Notes: a model not told the origin generated them from the sequence alone. A stretch of DNA of 64,000 nucleotides from Azolla caroliniana (GCA_043228905.1 JBHGNT010000005.1:12152001-12216000); one strand, 5' to 3'. Shown: positions 39,139 to 53,550, numbered from the stretch's first letter. Made by a program: numbers and translations.

Positions 39139-40231
39139 AGGCTGGACCGGTTTTCTCTGTCCCAACTCAATTTGGCGCATGCCGTGGATGCGCGGTTAGG
39201 TGGGGGCGGATGTCGTGAAGAAAACCGTCCACAAGCGGAATCGATGCAGAGGAGCGTAGGAACCGGCTCTTCTCGAATGCTGCCCATAGAAGATCCTAGG
39301 CAGGTAGATTTAGTGGGTAGGAAGTAAAGGAGAAACGGCTCCTTCCTTGCCTATAAAAGGAGGGAGACGCGAGGGGGGTAGGGGATCGCAGGGAAGGGAG
39401 GACGAAGTGCTGTCGGTTTGTGTGCAAAGGTCTCTCTCTCTCTCTCTCTCTCTAGTTCGCAAGCTCCATAGCTTCCTTCTGTGCAGGTTTCAGGAGGCTT
39501 GCGCTGCTCTGAGGAATGCCCGAGCGCTTCCGGCAGCACTTCCAACCTACTCCTTCCTTTCTGTGTGTTTACGAACAGGTATCGGCATCTGTTCGCCGGC
39601 CTGTTCGGTTGTAACCGACTTCGCGTTTTGTCGTTTGTCTTTGTTAATACATACATACATTCGTGTCTCTCTGTGTCGCTGTCCCACTCGCGTCTTTGTG
39701 TCGAGGGGCCGTGTCCCTGTGAATCTACTCTCGCACGTAGTGGGTCTCTTCTCCTTTCTCTCTTGCTCTTCGGTACAGGACCCCCGAGGTCCCGCCTCAT
39801 TCCCGCATACGCGAGGAATACCTCGACACCGGAACCTTGTCGCCTTCCTCGATTTTCTTCGGTCGTAATCGATGAGTCCGGTCCAATTGCCCCTTGCTCT
39901 TTGTCTTTGCCACACGCAGCTTTGTCGTTGCTCGTTCCACGTCCTTCGGTCTTCGCTCGACCTGTCGGATTCGCGCCGCTAACAGCTCCTCCCAGTTCAT
40001 CTCATCTCTCCAGTCTACCGCGGCCCACGAGGAGATAGTTCGCTCCATCGGCATGATCAGCTTCTGCCCGTACATTAGCTCCGCCGGCATGAACCCAGTT
40101 ACCGAACTGTGCGTTGTTCGGTCCGCCCACAACGCGTAAGGTAGGAGCCACGGCCAGTTCCCGACTTGGCCTTCACATGCCTATACCAATGCCTTTACGA
40201 TTGGCCCGTGTTCGCATTCCACCTTCCCGTT

Positions 40232-43200
40232 TGTTAGGATTTTCGATCCCTCTGGATGGGATGATGAAGGCCCGATGAGAACCGGATGATGAGTACCCGG
40301 TAAGGAAGAACCGGTGAGAACCGGATGACGCAGGCCCGGTGAGAACCTCTCACCAGATGAAGGGACATATCTAGAGATATGTTTCTGAGAGCCCATTGGG
40401 GCTATATCTGTAAATAGTCCTAATGTCATATTAGTATAAATACGACCTAGGGCAAACAATGTATGGATTGTTGTGTTGTCATTATTTTTTGTATAGTGTC
40501 ATTGGTGTAACTGTTGTACAGAGAGAGAGAGAGACTCTGTTGTAACTGCTGCCAGGCAAAGATTGTGAGCAAGAGGTTGTTGCCTCTATGTTCACCTGTT
40601 GTATTCCTCTCGATATAGCGATAGTTGGAGTTTGTGGACTCCCGTGGTTTTTCCCATTTAGGGTTTTCCACGTTAACATCCTGCGCACTCTCTTCTGTTT
40701 GTATACTTACTTTCATTTCCCATTTCCTCTGTGTTTGATTATCATGAAGTGACCTAAGTCTTGGTTGTGGCCGAAGATTATTCCGCATAGTTCATGTCAA
40801 TCTGGTATCAGAGCAAAAACGACATAGAAAAATGGATGATGCGTTGGGAGGCATGTTCAAGCTCACCGGCTCCAACTACGCAGTGTGGAAGTCGAAGATG
40901 AGGGACATGCTCGTGGTTAAAGATCTTTGGTTGCCGGTTCAGTTCGGGGACAAGAGACTGGACAAGGTCGATGCCACGATATGGGAGGTGATGCACATGA
41001 AGACAACGGCATACATACGGTGCTTCATCGACATGAGCCTGTACAACAACTTCATCAGCTCTGGGAGATCGGCATTATGTTCCAGAACCCAAAATGCTAT
41101 AAATCGGGTTTCAGTATTTCGGAAGCTAGTGAGGCTCTGGTACCAAGATGGCTCCAGCATGGCGGAGCACATGAATACCTTCCAGGGGCTGATTCACCAG
41201 GCAACATCGTTGGAAGTACCTCTCATTGATGAGATATTAGCATTGCTCCTGCTCGGTTCCCTCCTAGATAGCTGGGAGACGTTAGTTGTCACTTTGGGCA
41301 ACACCGGGCCGAAAGGAAAATAGCTATCCCTAGCAAGAGTCAAGTCGAGCTTGCTAGATGAGGAGGCGCATCGGAAAGACAAGGATACGAGATCTGACTC
41401 CAAAGCGCTCCTTACCGAATCGGAACGCGGAAGACATAGGAACCGGAGTCCCTAGAACCGGGAAAAATCGGGGACACGGCCAAAGTCAAGGGGGAGGCCC
41501 ACTTGCTTCTATTGTGGCAAGCCAGAGCACTTCCAGAAGAACTATCGGCATTTCCGGAAAGACTAGGAAATCGACAGTACCGATTCGAAGCGGTCACTGA
41601 ACTGGAACGGCAAAGACCGGAGAGGACCGGACCGGAAGGGAATGACGGCAATCGCGACAAGTGAAGAGGAGTTGATGCTCATCACCGAGGAGAGTGAGTT
41701 GTATCTTGCCAACGACGAGACAACGTGGGTTGTCGATTCCGGAGCATCGTTCCACCTGACCTCGGACTGGAAATGCTTCTCATCCTACACATTCGGTGAG
41801 CATGGTTGTGTCCGCATGGGGAATGAAGGTACATGCCGAATTGTGGTTGATAACACCAACCGAATAGGAGACATGTGGTTGATAACACCAACCGAATGCA
41901 AGCTGCTACTGAAGGATGTCTGACACGTTCCGGAGGTTCAACTGAACCTGATATCAGTCGGTCGGCTAGATGATGAAGGCTACAAGGGTAGCATCCGGAA
42001 CGGTGTTGTGAAGTTCAGCAAGGGGAGCCTGATAGTGGCTCGGGCCCGGAAGGTCAACACACTGTACCTAATGAATGCCCGGTTATACCCGGAAGAAGTG
42101 AACGTTGCTTCCGACACTGCCGGTGAGCTGTGGCAGAAGAGACTGTGTCACATGAGCGAGAAGGGGATGAAGAGGCTTGCCGATGACAACCTCATTCCGG
42201 TGAAGAATGTGCATCTTGAGAGGTGCACTAACTGCCTGGCTGGTAAACAAAACCGGACCTCCTTCCGATCAAGGCCACCGATGAGACGTAATGCACCATT
42301 GGAGTTGGTGCATACCGATGTGTGTCAAGTGGACACAAAGTCACATGCCGGATCATAGTACTTCGTGACATTCATAGATGACCATAGCCGAAAGTTGTGG
42401 GCCACACCGTTGAAGACTAAGGATCAGGTGTTATCCGTCTTCAAGGAGCTCCACGCAAGAGTGGAAAGAGAAACCAGCCAGAAGTTGAAGGCGGTTCGAG
42501 CAGATAACGGAGGAGAATACCGGGGGCAAATCGAGGAGTACTGCCGCTCGAAAGGAAACCGGCTCGAATTTACCGTGTTGAAGACGCCGGAACTAAACAG
42601 GCTGGCCGAGAGGAGGAACCAGACCATAATGGAGAGGATCCGGAGTATGCTAGCACATGCAAAGTTACCCAAGATGTTTTGGGTTGAGGCGCTAGCGACA
42701 GCAACGTACGTGATAAATAGATCACCCTCAGTGCCCTTGGACGGAGACACGCCATAGAGAGTGTGTCTTACTGGCATCTGAAGGTGTTTGGGTGTCTCGC
42801 TTACATGCATGTTGCGAAGGACCGAAGAGTAAAGTTAGATCCAAAGTCTCGGCCTTGCATATTCCTCGAATATGGCGATGATGAGTTCGGCTACCGAGTG
42901 TGGGATCCGGTCGACAAGAAGGTTTTCCGGAGTCGAGATATTATCTTCATGGAGGACAAGACCCTTGCTGACTGGGAGTCGGAGAAGAAGATAATGAACT
43001 CCAAGTCGACCGGTAAGGATTGGACAAATGGGATTCGGACCTACCCGGCTAAGAGTTGATTGACACTCGAAGGACCGGTCGGTTATGGTGAGGATACCTA
43101 AAACCAAGGACGCAAATATCCTCTCAGAGAGAGAAGGGCCCCCCGAAGATTTCCTCGAGGTAGAGCAGTTAGATGTGAAGATGGCGTTCCTCCACAACGA

Positions 43201-44673
43201 CCTCGAAGAGGAGATCTACATGCAGCAACCGGAGGGATTTGTGAAGAAAGGGAAGGAGTACCTGGTTTGCCGGTTGCAGAAGAGCCTCTACGGTTTGAAA
43301 TAGGCTCCCCGGCAATGGTACCGGAAGTTCGACTCCTTCATGACTGACCAAGGGTACCATAAGACGCAAGCCAATCACTATGTATTTGTGAAGAAGTTCG
43401 AAGGAGGAGACTTCCTGATACTCCTCCTGTACGTGGACGACATGTTGATCGTCGGACCAGACCAAGTCAAGATACAGATGCTAAAGAAGGCTCTGAACTG
43501 AACCTTCTCAATGAAAGACTTGGGTTCGGCAAGACAAATACTGGGGATGTATATAATCCGGGACTGGTCAAAGAAGCAATTCTCGCTGTCATAGGAGAAA
43601 TACGTGACAAAGGTGCTTCAGCGGTTCAACATGTCAGATGCGAAACCGGTTGGATCGACACTCCCAGCAAACTGCAGGTTATGTCGGCTGATGCAGATAC
43701 CAGCCGGTCAACATCCGGATACGTCATGACATATGCAGGGGGAGCTGTTTCGTGGTAGTCGAGGCTGCAGAAGACAGTTGCGTTGTCAACCACGGAAGCG
43801 GAGTACATGGTGGCTGTGGAAGCTGGCAAGGAAATACTGTGGATGAAGGACTTCATCGGAGAGCTAGGGATCTGGCAAGAGGAATATTGGCTCTACTGCG
43901 ACAATCAAAGTGCCATCCACCTTGCGAAGAACACAACGTATCATTCCAGGACGAAGCACATCCAGCGGAGGTACCACTGGATCCGGGAGCAAGTGGAAGA
44001 TCGAGGGTTCATGCTGACGAAGATCCACACGGAGGAGAATGGGTCAGATATGCTGACCAAAGTGCTGACATCCGACAAGTTGGACGCATGCCGGAAGCGA
44101 ATTGGACTAACCAGATATCCCATGCCGGAGTGAATGGGGTGTTTGTTAGGATTTTCGATCCCTCCGGATGGGATGATGAAGGCCCGGTGAGAACCTCTCA
44201 CCGGATGAAGGGACATATATGGAGATATGTAACTGAGAGCCCATTGGGGCTATATCTGTAAATAGTCCTAATGTCATATTAGTATAAATATGACCTAGGG
44301 CAAACAATGTATGGATTGTTGTGTTGTCATTATTTTTTGTATAGTGTCATTGGTGTAATTGTTGTACAGGGAGAGAGAGAGAGAGAGAAAGAGAGATACA
44401 AAGCGAGACTCTATTGTAACTGCCGCCAGGCTAAGATTGTGAGCAAGAGGTTGTTGCCTCTATGTTCACCTGTTGTATTCCTCTTGATATAGCGATAGTT
44501 GGAGTTTGTGGACTCCCGTGGTTTTTCCCATTTAGGGTTTTCCACGTTAACATCCTGCACACTCTCTTCTGTTTGTATACTTACTTCCATTTCCCATTTC
44601 CTTTGTGTTTGATTATCATGAAGTGAACTAAGTCTCGATTGTGGCCGAAGATTATTCCGCATAGTTCCTGTCA
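40232..44673 (+). mobile_element. Copia element C, internally deleted, pol related to E
   Basis: LTRs at 40232-40799 and 44144-44673; PBS at 40803-40814; perfect TSD ccgtt; coding remnants 40832-44133 with deletions near 43153 and 43678. Confidence 0.94.
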
Positions 44674-47600
44674 CCGTTTGCCTCTGGATTGTACGTTGTG
44701 GTGAGCGAGAGTTTGACCCCTAACCGATCAAACAGCTCTTCGGCCTCTTGTGCATTTGTTGTCCGCCGAAATAGTAACCGACGGACAAGAGCGTAGGAAT
44801 AAGAAATAATATAAGATCATAACGCATGTAACGGTTCACGCAGGAAGCGTGAACGGCTAGATAGACCCTGCGTATATAAAGGGCAGAAAACCTCGAATAG
44901 AGGGAGCATGTAATTTTGGGAATGTAAAGAAACGTATCATAATATAATTCCATCTTCTCTGAAAGTCTATGTATAGCTACGGCTAATCCACTGTGTGTCT
45001 GGAATACCTGAGCGTGTAAGAACGTAAGTGTAACCCTTGCTAAGGAGTCGGTTGTAGCCGTCTCCCTTATACGTTGATAGGTTACAGGGAACATTCCCCT
45101 GCGCATTACGCATAGATGCCTATGCGTTGTTCCACAACCACTGGGAGGTCTAGGTCGAAGGACTGACCGCGGACCGTGTTCCTAATCGGCAACACTTTTG
45201 GCACGCTTGGTGATCTGTGTCTTCTCACTGACGAGCAACGACGAATGGATGTTTAGCCGCAGACGCCCCAGAGAACCAACACGACAAAACCGGCCAATAA
45301 CAAGGTCCGTCACACGCAAGGCAGAAGAACGTGCACGGCAAAAGCCTCGCCTCAGCAACCTCAGTACTACCTGTCGTGCTTACAAAGGTGATTCTTTGCT
45401 CTCCAAATACCTCGACGAGACGCGGGGATTACGCTCACCACAGCCACCCTGTGGTCTTTCCGGGCCCGCCGTAGCCCCCAGCATGGCCTTTGCCTACCCC
45501 CGCTTTAACGGCGAAACCGACGCCGCAACTCATATTCGCATGTTCCTTAATGTCTGGAATGCGAACCACATGGCGCAGAGTCTTTAGGAGGCGGTAGCGC
45601 ACCAGTCGAAAATGACGGAGTTCGGGTTAACATTGGATGGGCGAGCGGCGTTTTGGCATTCATAGATGGATTTACCAGCAATAACAACCTTCGATCAGCT
45701 GCAGTCTGCTTTCTTGCGGTTCTTCCATCGGAGGGTTCCACAACGCGAAATCCTCGGACAGTTCTACACGATTAAGCAACTGCCGACCGAGACAATAGCA
45801 GACTTCAGCTTACGTTTCCAAAATTTACGGCGGAAACTAGAACGGAGCCCTGCAGAGGACGAGGCTCGAGAAATATTTCTGGCAGCATTACGCTGACCCA
45901 TCCGGGCAACGCTCAACAACAATAACGTGAAAGGGGAAACGGCGTATATGGTCATTGAACGAGCGTTACAGCTCGAGTTGGACGACGAGGAGGAAAGGTT
46001 TTCTATGTCCTCCTTACGACAAGCGTTACCCCAGGACGAGGAACGCCAGTTTCGTCAAGCAATCCAGTGCACGATTTTCTTGAACTCGGGGCATTCCGTA
46101 GTGTAGTGCAATATGCGAATCCACTGCCCAATCTGCCACTCGAAGGCTCACACAGTCGACCAATGCGAATACAATATGTTGAACAGAGCCATGCCCGCAG
46201 TCCACAACATGGACACCCAGCTTCCACCACATCACACTGAACAAAGGAGGCAAGAAGACCGACCACGGTATAGGGATTGCAACCCACGGGATGACCGGCA
46301 CCACCGGAATCACAGAATTCACAACGATTCCAAGGAGGACGAACCAGAGGACGAGGATTATGGTGGACATCCGAGTTATGCTAAAGGGGGTCGGCGCTAC
46401 GAGAATCACCGGCCGACAAACAAACGGGGTGGCTTCAATGGTTATCGTGGTGAGCCGCGGCAATATCGAGATCACCGGCGTTACGACGAAAGCTCGGGAG
46501 AGGAGCGACACCAGGAACAACGACGGGACCAACAGCAACCACTGCGTATGTTCCGACAAACGAGGCCGGACCGCGAGGAGCAAGTAGCACTAGGGGAGCG
46601 GCACACACCACCAAGAGCCGAGAAGGGTGAATCAAGCATCCATTGTTTTATTTGTCAGCAGCCCAGACATTATGCCACGCAATGCCCAGCACGCAAGGGA
46701 AAGGGGCCCACTGTCAATACGATTACGGCGGAAGTGCAACAAGTCACGACACACCAGCAATCAAAAATGGCTGATTGGGCTGCGCAAGACGAGATACGCC
46801 GACAAGCCCAAGCATGGGTGGAAAAAGCAAACGCGACCAATACAGAGCGCATGCGGAAGGAGTCCGCGAACGCGAGGGAGCGAGCAGAGGACGAAAGACC
46901 GGTCCCGGACCCCATTTGGCAGGCGTTAGCGGGCTGTGAGATAACGTTAACCATGGAGAAATTGCTACAGCTAGTCCCACGCTTCCGCCAGACCATGGAA
47001 GAATGGGTGATAGGCATACCCGGGGTGAGTGTCGCTACAAACCTTACAGACGTTAGCGACGGACCGCCGGTAGTGGATCAGCACAACCCGGCTATTACAT
47101 TAATATTACACGGACAGGAAATTCCTAGATGCGTAATCAACGGCGGCTCAAGCGTCAATGTAATTAGCGCGAAAACTTGCGAGCAGTTAAGCATTTCAAA
47201 ATGGGAGGTTTGCCCATTCTGGCTCCGAATGGCAAATACCCGCTCAGTACGACCACTGGGGCTAATTCGCAAAATAGGCATTATCGTGGGCGGACACCGC
47301 TTCGACATCTCGGCGGTCGTCCTCGCCTTGGACGCCCCAGTGGCGTACCCAGTGCTTCTGGGCAGACCATGGCTTCGGGCAGCAAATATCAAGCAAAGCT
47401 GGCAACACAAGTGTATCAGTTTCTGACACAGACGCACCAAGGTTTGTGTACCTACGGAAGGAAGCATGCCACAACCCAAGGGTATAACACCATTATACGC
47501 AGAAGATATAAATATGTTGGTTGGCGTGCAGGATGCAGAATTAGAGGCATACCTAGATGAGCACCCACGGATCATTCCGTTGTTCGAAATCGACGTCATC

Positions 47601-48203
47601 GCAACCGCAGCAGGATATGCCACAGCCACTAATCTCCACGACGAGGCTTACGAACCAAACCCAGAGTCCATATTGGAACTCAGCCGAACACGGGCGGCAT
47701 TCGAAAGGGAAATGGAGATTTCACGATGAGTCACCGCTTCCGCCCTGGAAGAAGTAAATGTGGGTACGGAATCGGAGCCATGTTTCCTCTCCATCGCAAA
47801 GGAAGTAAGGCCAGACCAGAGAAACACGATGATCGCACTACTCATGGAATATAAGGATGTGTTCACTTGGGCTCACGAGGACATGAAGGGGTTAGATCCC
47901 AAGTTCTATCAGCATAAGATCAATTTAGCAACCGACACAAAACCCGTCCAGCAACGCCGCTACCGCATGAACCCGAACTATGCGACCCGCGTGAAAGAAG
48001 AAATTGACAAGCTCCTGAAGGCGGGGTTCATACGACCAGTTAAACAAGCGACATGGTTAAGCCCGATAGTGTTCGTTCCAAAGAAAAATGGAAAAATACG
48101 GGTATGTGTAAATTACCGAAAATTAAACGTCGTAACCATTACAGACGCATTTCCCTTACACTTCACCAATAGCATACTAGACGCCATCGCAGGCCATGAG
48201 ATG

Positions 48204-51200
48204 TGTTGGGATTACGGTCCCTTTCGGATGGGATGGTCGGATGCCGAAAATGAATGCCGACAAGCCCGGTTTCGGTTTCGGAACCGGATGATGAAGACCC
48301 CGACCTCGGAGCCGGATGAAGAATGTACCCGGAGAGAGAGATCCGGATGCGGGGACATATCTGTGAATATGTTTGCCAAGGGCCTTTAAGGCTATAGTTG
48401 TAAATAGCCCTAAAGTCATATGGGTATAAATATGACTTAGGGCAAACAGTTTTGATGTCGCTACTCATTTTTCTGTTTTTCCACTCAAGAGGAGTGAAGA
48501 GAGAGCAGCCGTGAGAGAGATAGAGCGTGAGAGAGGTGAGAGAGAGGAAGAGGTCGACGCCTCTGTGTAATACCGCCGCCTGTGGCGAGGATAGCGAGCT
48601 CAAGGTCGTCGCCTTGCAGCTCGCCATTGTATATTTCTCTGTGCATAGTTTTGGTTTGGAGTCTTGCACTCCCGTGGTTTTTCCCGTATAGGGTTTTCCA
48701 CGTTAATCCCTGTGTTATCGTGTCTTTCTCAGTGTTTCCTATTTTCTGCTGCATTGAATCGCGATTACTCGGTTGTAGCCGAGAGAAGAAGGTGAATCGG
48801 GAGCGTCGATTCCCAACAAACTGGTATCAGAGCTACGGTAACACAGAAAATGGAAGGCGGTAGCAGCGGGCAGCCGGGGATGATGGTGCTGAATGAGCAG
48901 AATTACGCCGACTGGAAGATCAAGATGGAGGATCTTCTGATTGTTCGGGACCTGTACGAACCGATTGACAGGTCGGAAATACCGAAGGGGGTACTTGAGT
49001 CGGAATGGAGGCTTCTGAACCGGAAAGCCGTTGCAACCATTCGGCAATACGTAGACGTGAGCGTTCTACAACATGTGGCGAACGACACCAACGCATATGA
49101 GATGTGGCGGAAGCTGTCGGGCCTCTACGAGAGGAAGAATGACTTGAACCGGACCTCCCTGATGAGGAAGATAGTGAACCTCAAGTACCGGGACGGCGAG
49201 AGTATGGTGGAACACGTAAGCACGTTCATGGGATTCGTGAACCAGCTTGCGGCGATCAAGTTCCCGTTGGAGGATGCAATGCAAGCCATCATCCTGATGT
49301 GTACATTGCCGGAAAGCTGGGAGAACTTGGTGGTGACTCTCAGCACCTCCTGCACCGAAGATAACTTGTCTCTACAAACGGTAAAGACAAGCATTTTGAA
49401 CGAAGAAGCGCGTCGGAGAGATAAAGAACCGGTTTCCGATCCGAAGATGCTGCTTACCGAATCGGAACGGGGAAGACACTGGAACCGGAGTCCGCAGAGA
49501 CGGGAGAAGTCGGGGACCCGGTCGCAGTCAAGAGGAAGACCCACCTGCTTCCACTGTGGGAAGCCGGGGCACTTCCGGAAGAATTGTCGGCATTACCGAA
49601 AGGACAACGGATCCGACGACACCAATTCGAAGAAGTCACCGGAGAGAAACGGTGCATACCGGGGAGCCACGGACCGGAGAGGTCCGGATTGGCGAGGGCA
49701 GGACCGGAAAGGAACGACGGCACTCGCGGCAAGTGAGGAAGAAATCATGCTCATCACCGAAGAAGGTGAACTAAACATTGCCGGCAATGAGACGACCTGG
49801 GTGGTCGATTCCGGAGCATCGTTCCACCTGACCCCGGAGAGAAGATACTTCTCATCCTACACAGCCGGTGAGCATGGCTGTGTTCGGATGGGAAATGAAG
49901 GTACGTGCCGAATTGCCGGCATAGGAGACGTGTGGTTGACAACCCCGACCGGATGCAAAATGCTGCTGAAGGATGTCCGACACGTTCCGGAGGTTCGTTT
50001 GAACCTGATTTCGGCCGGGAGGCTAGATGATGAAGGCTACACGAGTAGCATCCGGAACAGTGTCATGAAGATCAGCAAAGGGAACCTGATAGTGGCTCGG
50101 GCCCGGAAGGTCAATACACTGTACCTGATGAATTCCCGGCTATGTCCGGAGGAGCTAAACGTGGCAGCCGACACTGCCGGAGAGCTGTGGCACAAGAGAC
50201 TGTGCCACATGAGTGAGAAGGGGATGAAGAGGCTTGCAGAAGACAACCTTATTCCAGTGAAGCATGTGCACCTGGAGAAGTGCACCGACTGCCTGGCCGG
50301 TAAGCAAAACCGAACCTCCTTCCACTCAAGGCCACCGACGAGACGTTGCGCACCATTGGAGTTGGTGCACACTGATGTGTGTCAGGTAGAAACGAAGTCA
50401 CATGGCGGAGCCCAGTACTTCGTAACATTCATTGATGATCACAGCCGGAAGCTGTGGACGGCACCGTTGAAGACAAAGGACCAAGTGTTGTGCGTCTTCA
50501 AAGAACTCCACGCGAGAGTGGAAAGGGAATCCGGCAAGAAGCTGAAAGCGATACGAGCGGATAACGGAGGGGAATACCGGGGGCAGTTCGCGGAGTACTG
50601 TCGCTCGAAGGGAATCCGACTCGAGTTTACTGTGCCGAAGACGCCGGAACTGAACGGGCTGGCCGAGAGGATGAACCGGACCATAATGGAGAGGGTCCGG
50701 AGTATGCTGGCGCATGCGGAATTACCCAAGGGGTTTTGGGCTGAGGTGATGTCGACGGCGACATACGTGATAAATAGATCACCCTCAGTACCTTTGGACG
50801 GAGACACGCCGCAGAGAGTGTGGACCGGTAGGGAAGTATCCTACTGGCATCTGAAGGTGTTCGGGTGTCTCGCATACGTGCATGTGGCAAAGGACCGGAG
50901 AGGAAAGCTAGATCCAAAGACCCGGCCATGCATATTCCTCGGTTACGGCGATGACGAGTTCGGCTACCGAGTATGGGACCCGGTCGACAAGAAGATATTC
51001 CGGAGTCGTGATATCATCTTCATGGAGAACAAGAAACTCGCCGACTGGGAGTCAGAGAAGAAGATGAAGAGCTCCAAGTCGACCGGTGAGGATCAACTCT
51101 ACGAGGAGCAGTCCCGACCGGCAAGGGACCGGTTAGCACTCGAGGATCCGGCCGAAGACGGTGAAGAAACAGAACCGGCCGAAGAAGATGAAAATGATAC

Positions 51201-53550
51201 CGGAACCGGCCCCAATCCCGAAATGGATTCGGATGAAGAAGAATCGGAAGAACCGGTTACCGAAGCTCCGGAACGGAGATATCCTCTAAGAGAGAGAAGG
51301 GCCCCCCGGAGATTTCCGGAACCAGAGCACGTGCGGCTAACCGACGAGGGGGAGCCGGAGAGCTTTGAAGAAGCAAAGCATGACACCCAGAGCCGCAGGT
51401 GGTTGAGTGCCATGCAGGACGAGATGGATTCCCTGCATGAGAACCACACATATGAACTTGTGGAGTTGCCGAAAGGAAAGCGGGCACTTCGAAACAAGTG
51501 GGTGTTCAAGCTGAAACCGGGAGATGCCGGAAACCCCCCAAGATACAAAGCCAGGATCGTGGTGAAGGGGTTTCATTAGAAGAAGGGCGTAGACTTCGAC
51601 GAGATATTTGCCCCGGTAGTGAAGATGACCTCCATCCGGACGGTGCTGAGCATAGCGGCAAGCATGGACCTCGAGGTAGAACAGATGGACGTGAAGACGG
51701 CATTTCTTCACGGTGACCTCGACGAAGAGATCTACATGCAGCAACCGGAAGGATTCGAGAAGAAAGGGAAGGAGCACCTGGTATGCCGGTTGAAGAAGAG
51801 CCTTTACGGACTGAAGCAGGCTCCCCGGCAATGGTACCGGAAGTTCGACTCCTTCATGACCGACGAAGGGTACCACAAAACGCAGTCCGATCACTGCGTG
51901 TTTGTGAAGAAGTTCGAAGGAGGAGACTCTCTAATACTCCTCCTGTACGTGGACGACATGTTGATCGTCGGACGGGACCAGGGCAAGATACGGATGCTGA
52001 AGAAAGCACTTCACCGAACCTTCTCAATGAAGGACCTGGGTCCGGCGAGGCAAATACTAGGGATGCACATCATCCGAGACCGGAAGAAGAAGCAGTTGTG
52101 GCTGTCACAGGAGAAGTACGTGACAAAGGTGCTTCACCGGTTCAACATGTCGGAAGCAAGACCGGTCGGATCAACTCTCCCGGCAAACTGCAAGTTGTCC
52201 AGCAAGCAAAGCCCCAAGACAAAGGCTGAGAAAGAGGACATGATGAAAGTACCATATGCCTCTGCCATCGGAAGCTTGATGTACGCAATGGTGTGTACAA
52301 GACCGGACATAGGATACGCAGTCGGAGTGGTGAGCCGGTACATGAGCAATCCCGGCAAAGAGCACTGGAACGCGGTCAAGTGGATACTCCGATACCTGAA
52401 GGGCACGGCAAACGTGTGCCTCCGATTCGGCTCCGGTAAACCCGAACTCGACGGCTTCACCGATTCGGATATGTCGGCTGATGCAGATACCAGCCGATCC
52501 ACATCAGGGTATGTGATGACGTATGCAGGGGGAGCTGTTTCCTGGCAGTCGAGGCTGCAGAAGACGGTTGCGCTGTCAACCACGGAGGCGGAGTACATGG
52601 CGGCTGTTGAAGCCGGCAAGGAAATAATATGGATGAAGGACTTCATTAGAGAGCTCGGTATCCGGCAGGAGGAGTACCGACTCTACTGCGACAGTCAGAG
52701 TGCCATCCACTTTGCGAAGAACGCGGCCTATCACTCCCGGACGAAGCACATCCAGCGAAGATATCACTGGATCCGGGAAAGGATAGAAGACAAGGAGTTC
52801 GTGCTGACGAAGATCCACACGGACGAGAATGAGTCGGATATGCTGACCAAGGTGCTCACACCCGACAAGCTGGAAGCATGCCGAAAGAGGATCGGATTGG
52901 AGAGACATCCCATGCCGAAGTGAAGGGGGAGTTTGTTGGGATTACGGTCCCTTTCGGATGGGATGGTTGGATGCCGAAGATGAATGCCGACAAGCCCGGT
53001 TTCGGTTTCGGAACCGGATGATGAAGACCCCGACCTCGGAGCCGGATGAAGAATGTACCCGGAGAGAGAGATCCGGATGCGGGGACATATCTGTGAATAT
53101 GTTTGCCAAGGGCCTTTAAGGCTATAGTTGTAAATAGCCCTAAAGTCATATGGGTATAAATATGACTTAGGGCAAACAGTTTTGATGTCGCTACTCATTT
53201 TTCTGTTTTTCCACTCAAGAGGAGTGAAGAGAGAGCAGCCGTGAGAGAGATAGAGCGTGAGAGAGGTGAGAGAGAGAGGAAGAGGTCGACGCCTCTGTGT
53301 AATACCGCCGCCTGTGGCGAGGATAGCGAGCTCAAGGTCGTCGCCTTGCAGCTCGCCATTGTATATTTCTCTGTGCATAGTTTTGGTTTGGAGTCTTGCA
53401 CTCCCGTGGTTTTTCCCGTATAGGGTTTTCCACGTTAATCCCTGTGTTATCGTGTCTTTCTCAGTGTTTCCTATTTTCTGCTGCATTGAATCGCGATTAC
53501 TCGGTTGTAGCCGAGAGAAGAAGGTGAATCGGGAGCGTCGATTCCCAACA
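48204..53550 (+). mobile_element. Ty1/Copia element E2, full length, probably the youngest insertion
   Basis: LTRs at 48204-48818 and 52934-53550 (about 2 substitutions and one GA indel by eye); PBS at 48822-48833; PPT at 52923-52931; perfect TSD agatg inside the D RT. Confidence 0.97.
48850..52923 (+). pseudogene. E2 gag-pol polyprotein with one in-frame stop
   Basis: Colinear with E1; CAG>TAG stop at 51577. Confidence 0.95.

Larger units (their letters stand above)
27444..39828 (+). mobile_element. Ty3/Gypsy element B2, full length, containing Copia E1
   Basis: LTRs at 27444-28059 and 39211-39828; PBS at 28064-28081; PPT-like aggtgggggcgga at 39198-39210; perfect 4-bp TSD ccgg (27440-27443 / 39829-39832). 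Confidence 0.95.

Noticed and set aside
30822-52934. E1 and E2 internal regions are offset by exactly 18,000 bp
   Set aside because: Each has its own perfect TSD, different LTRs and a different host, so they are independent insertions and the round number is coincidence.
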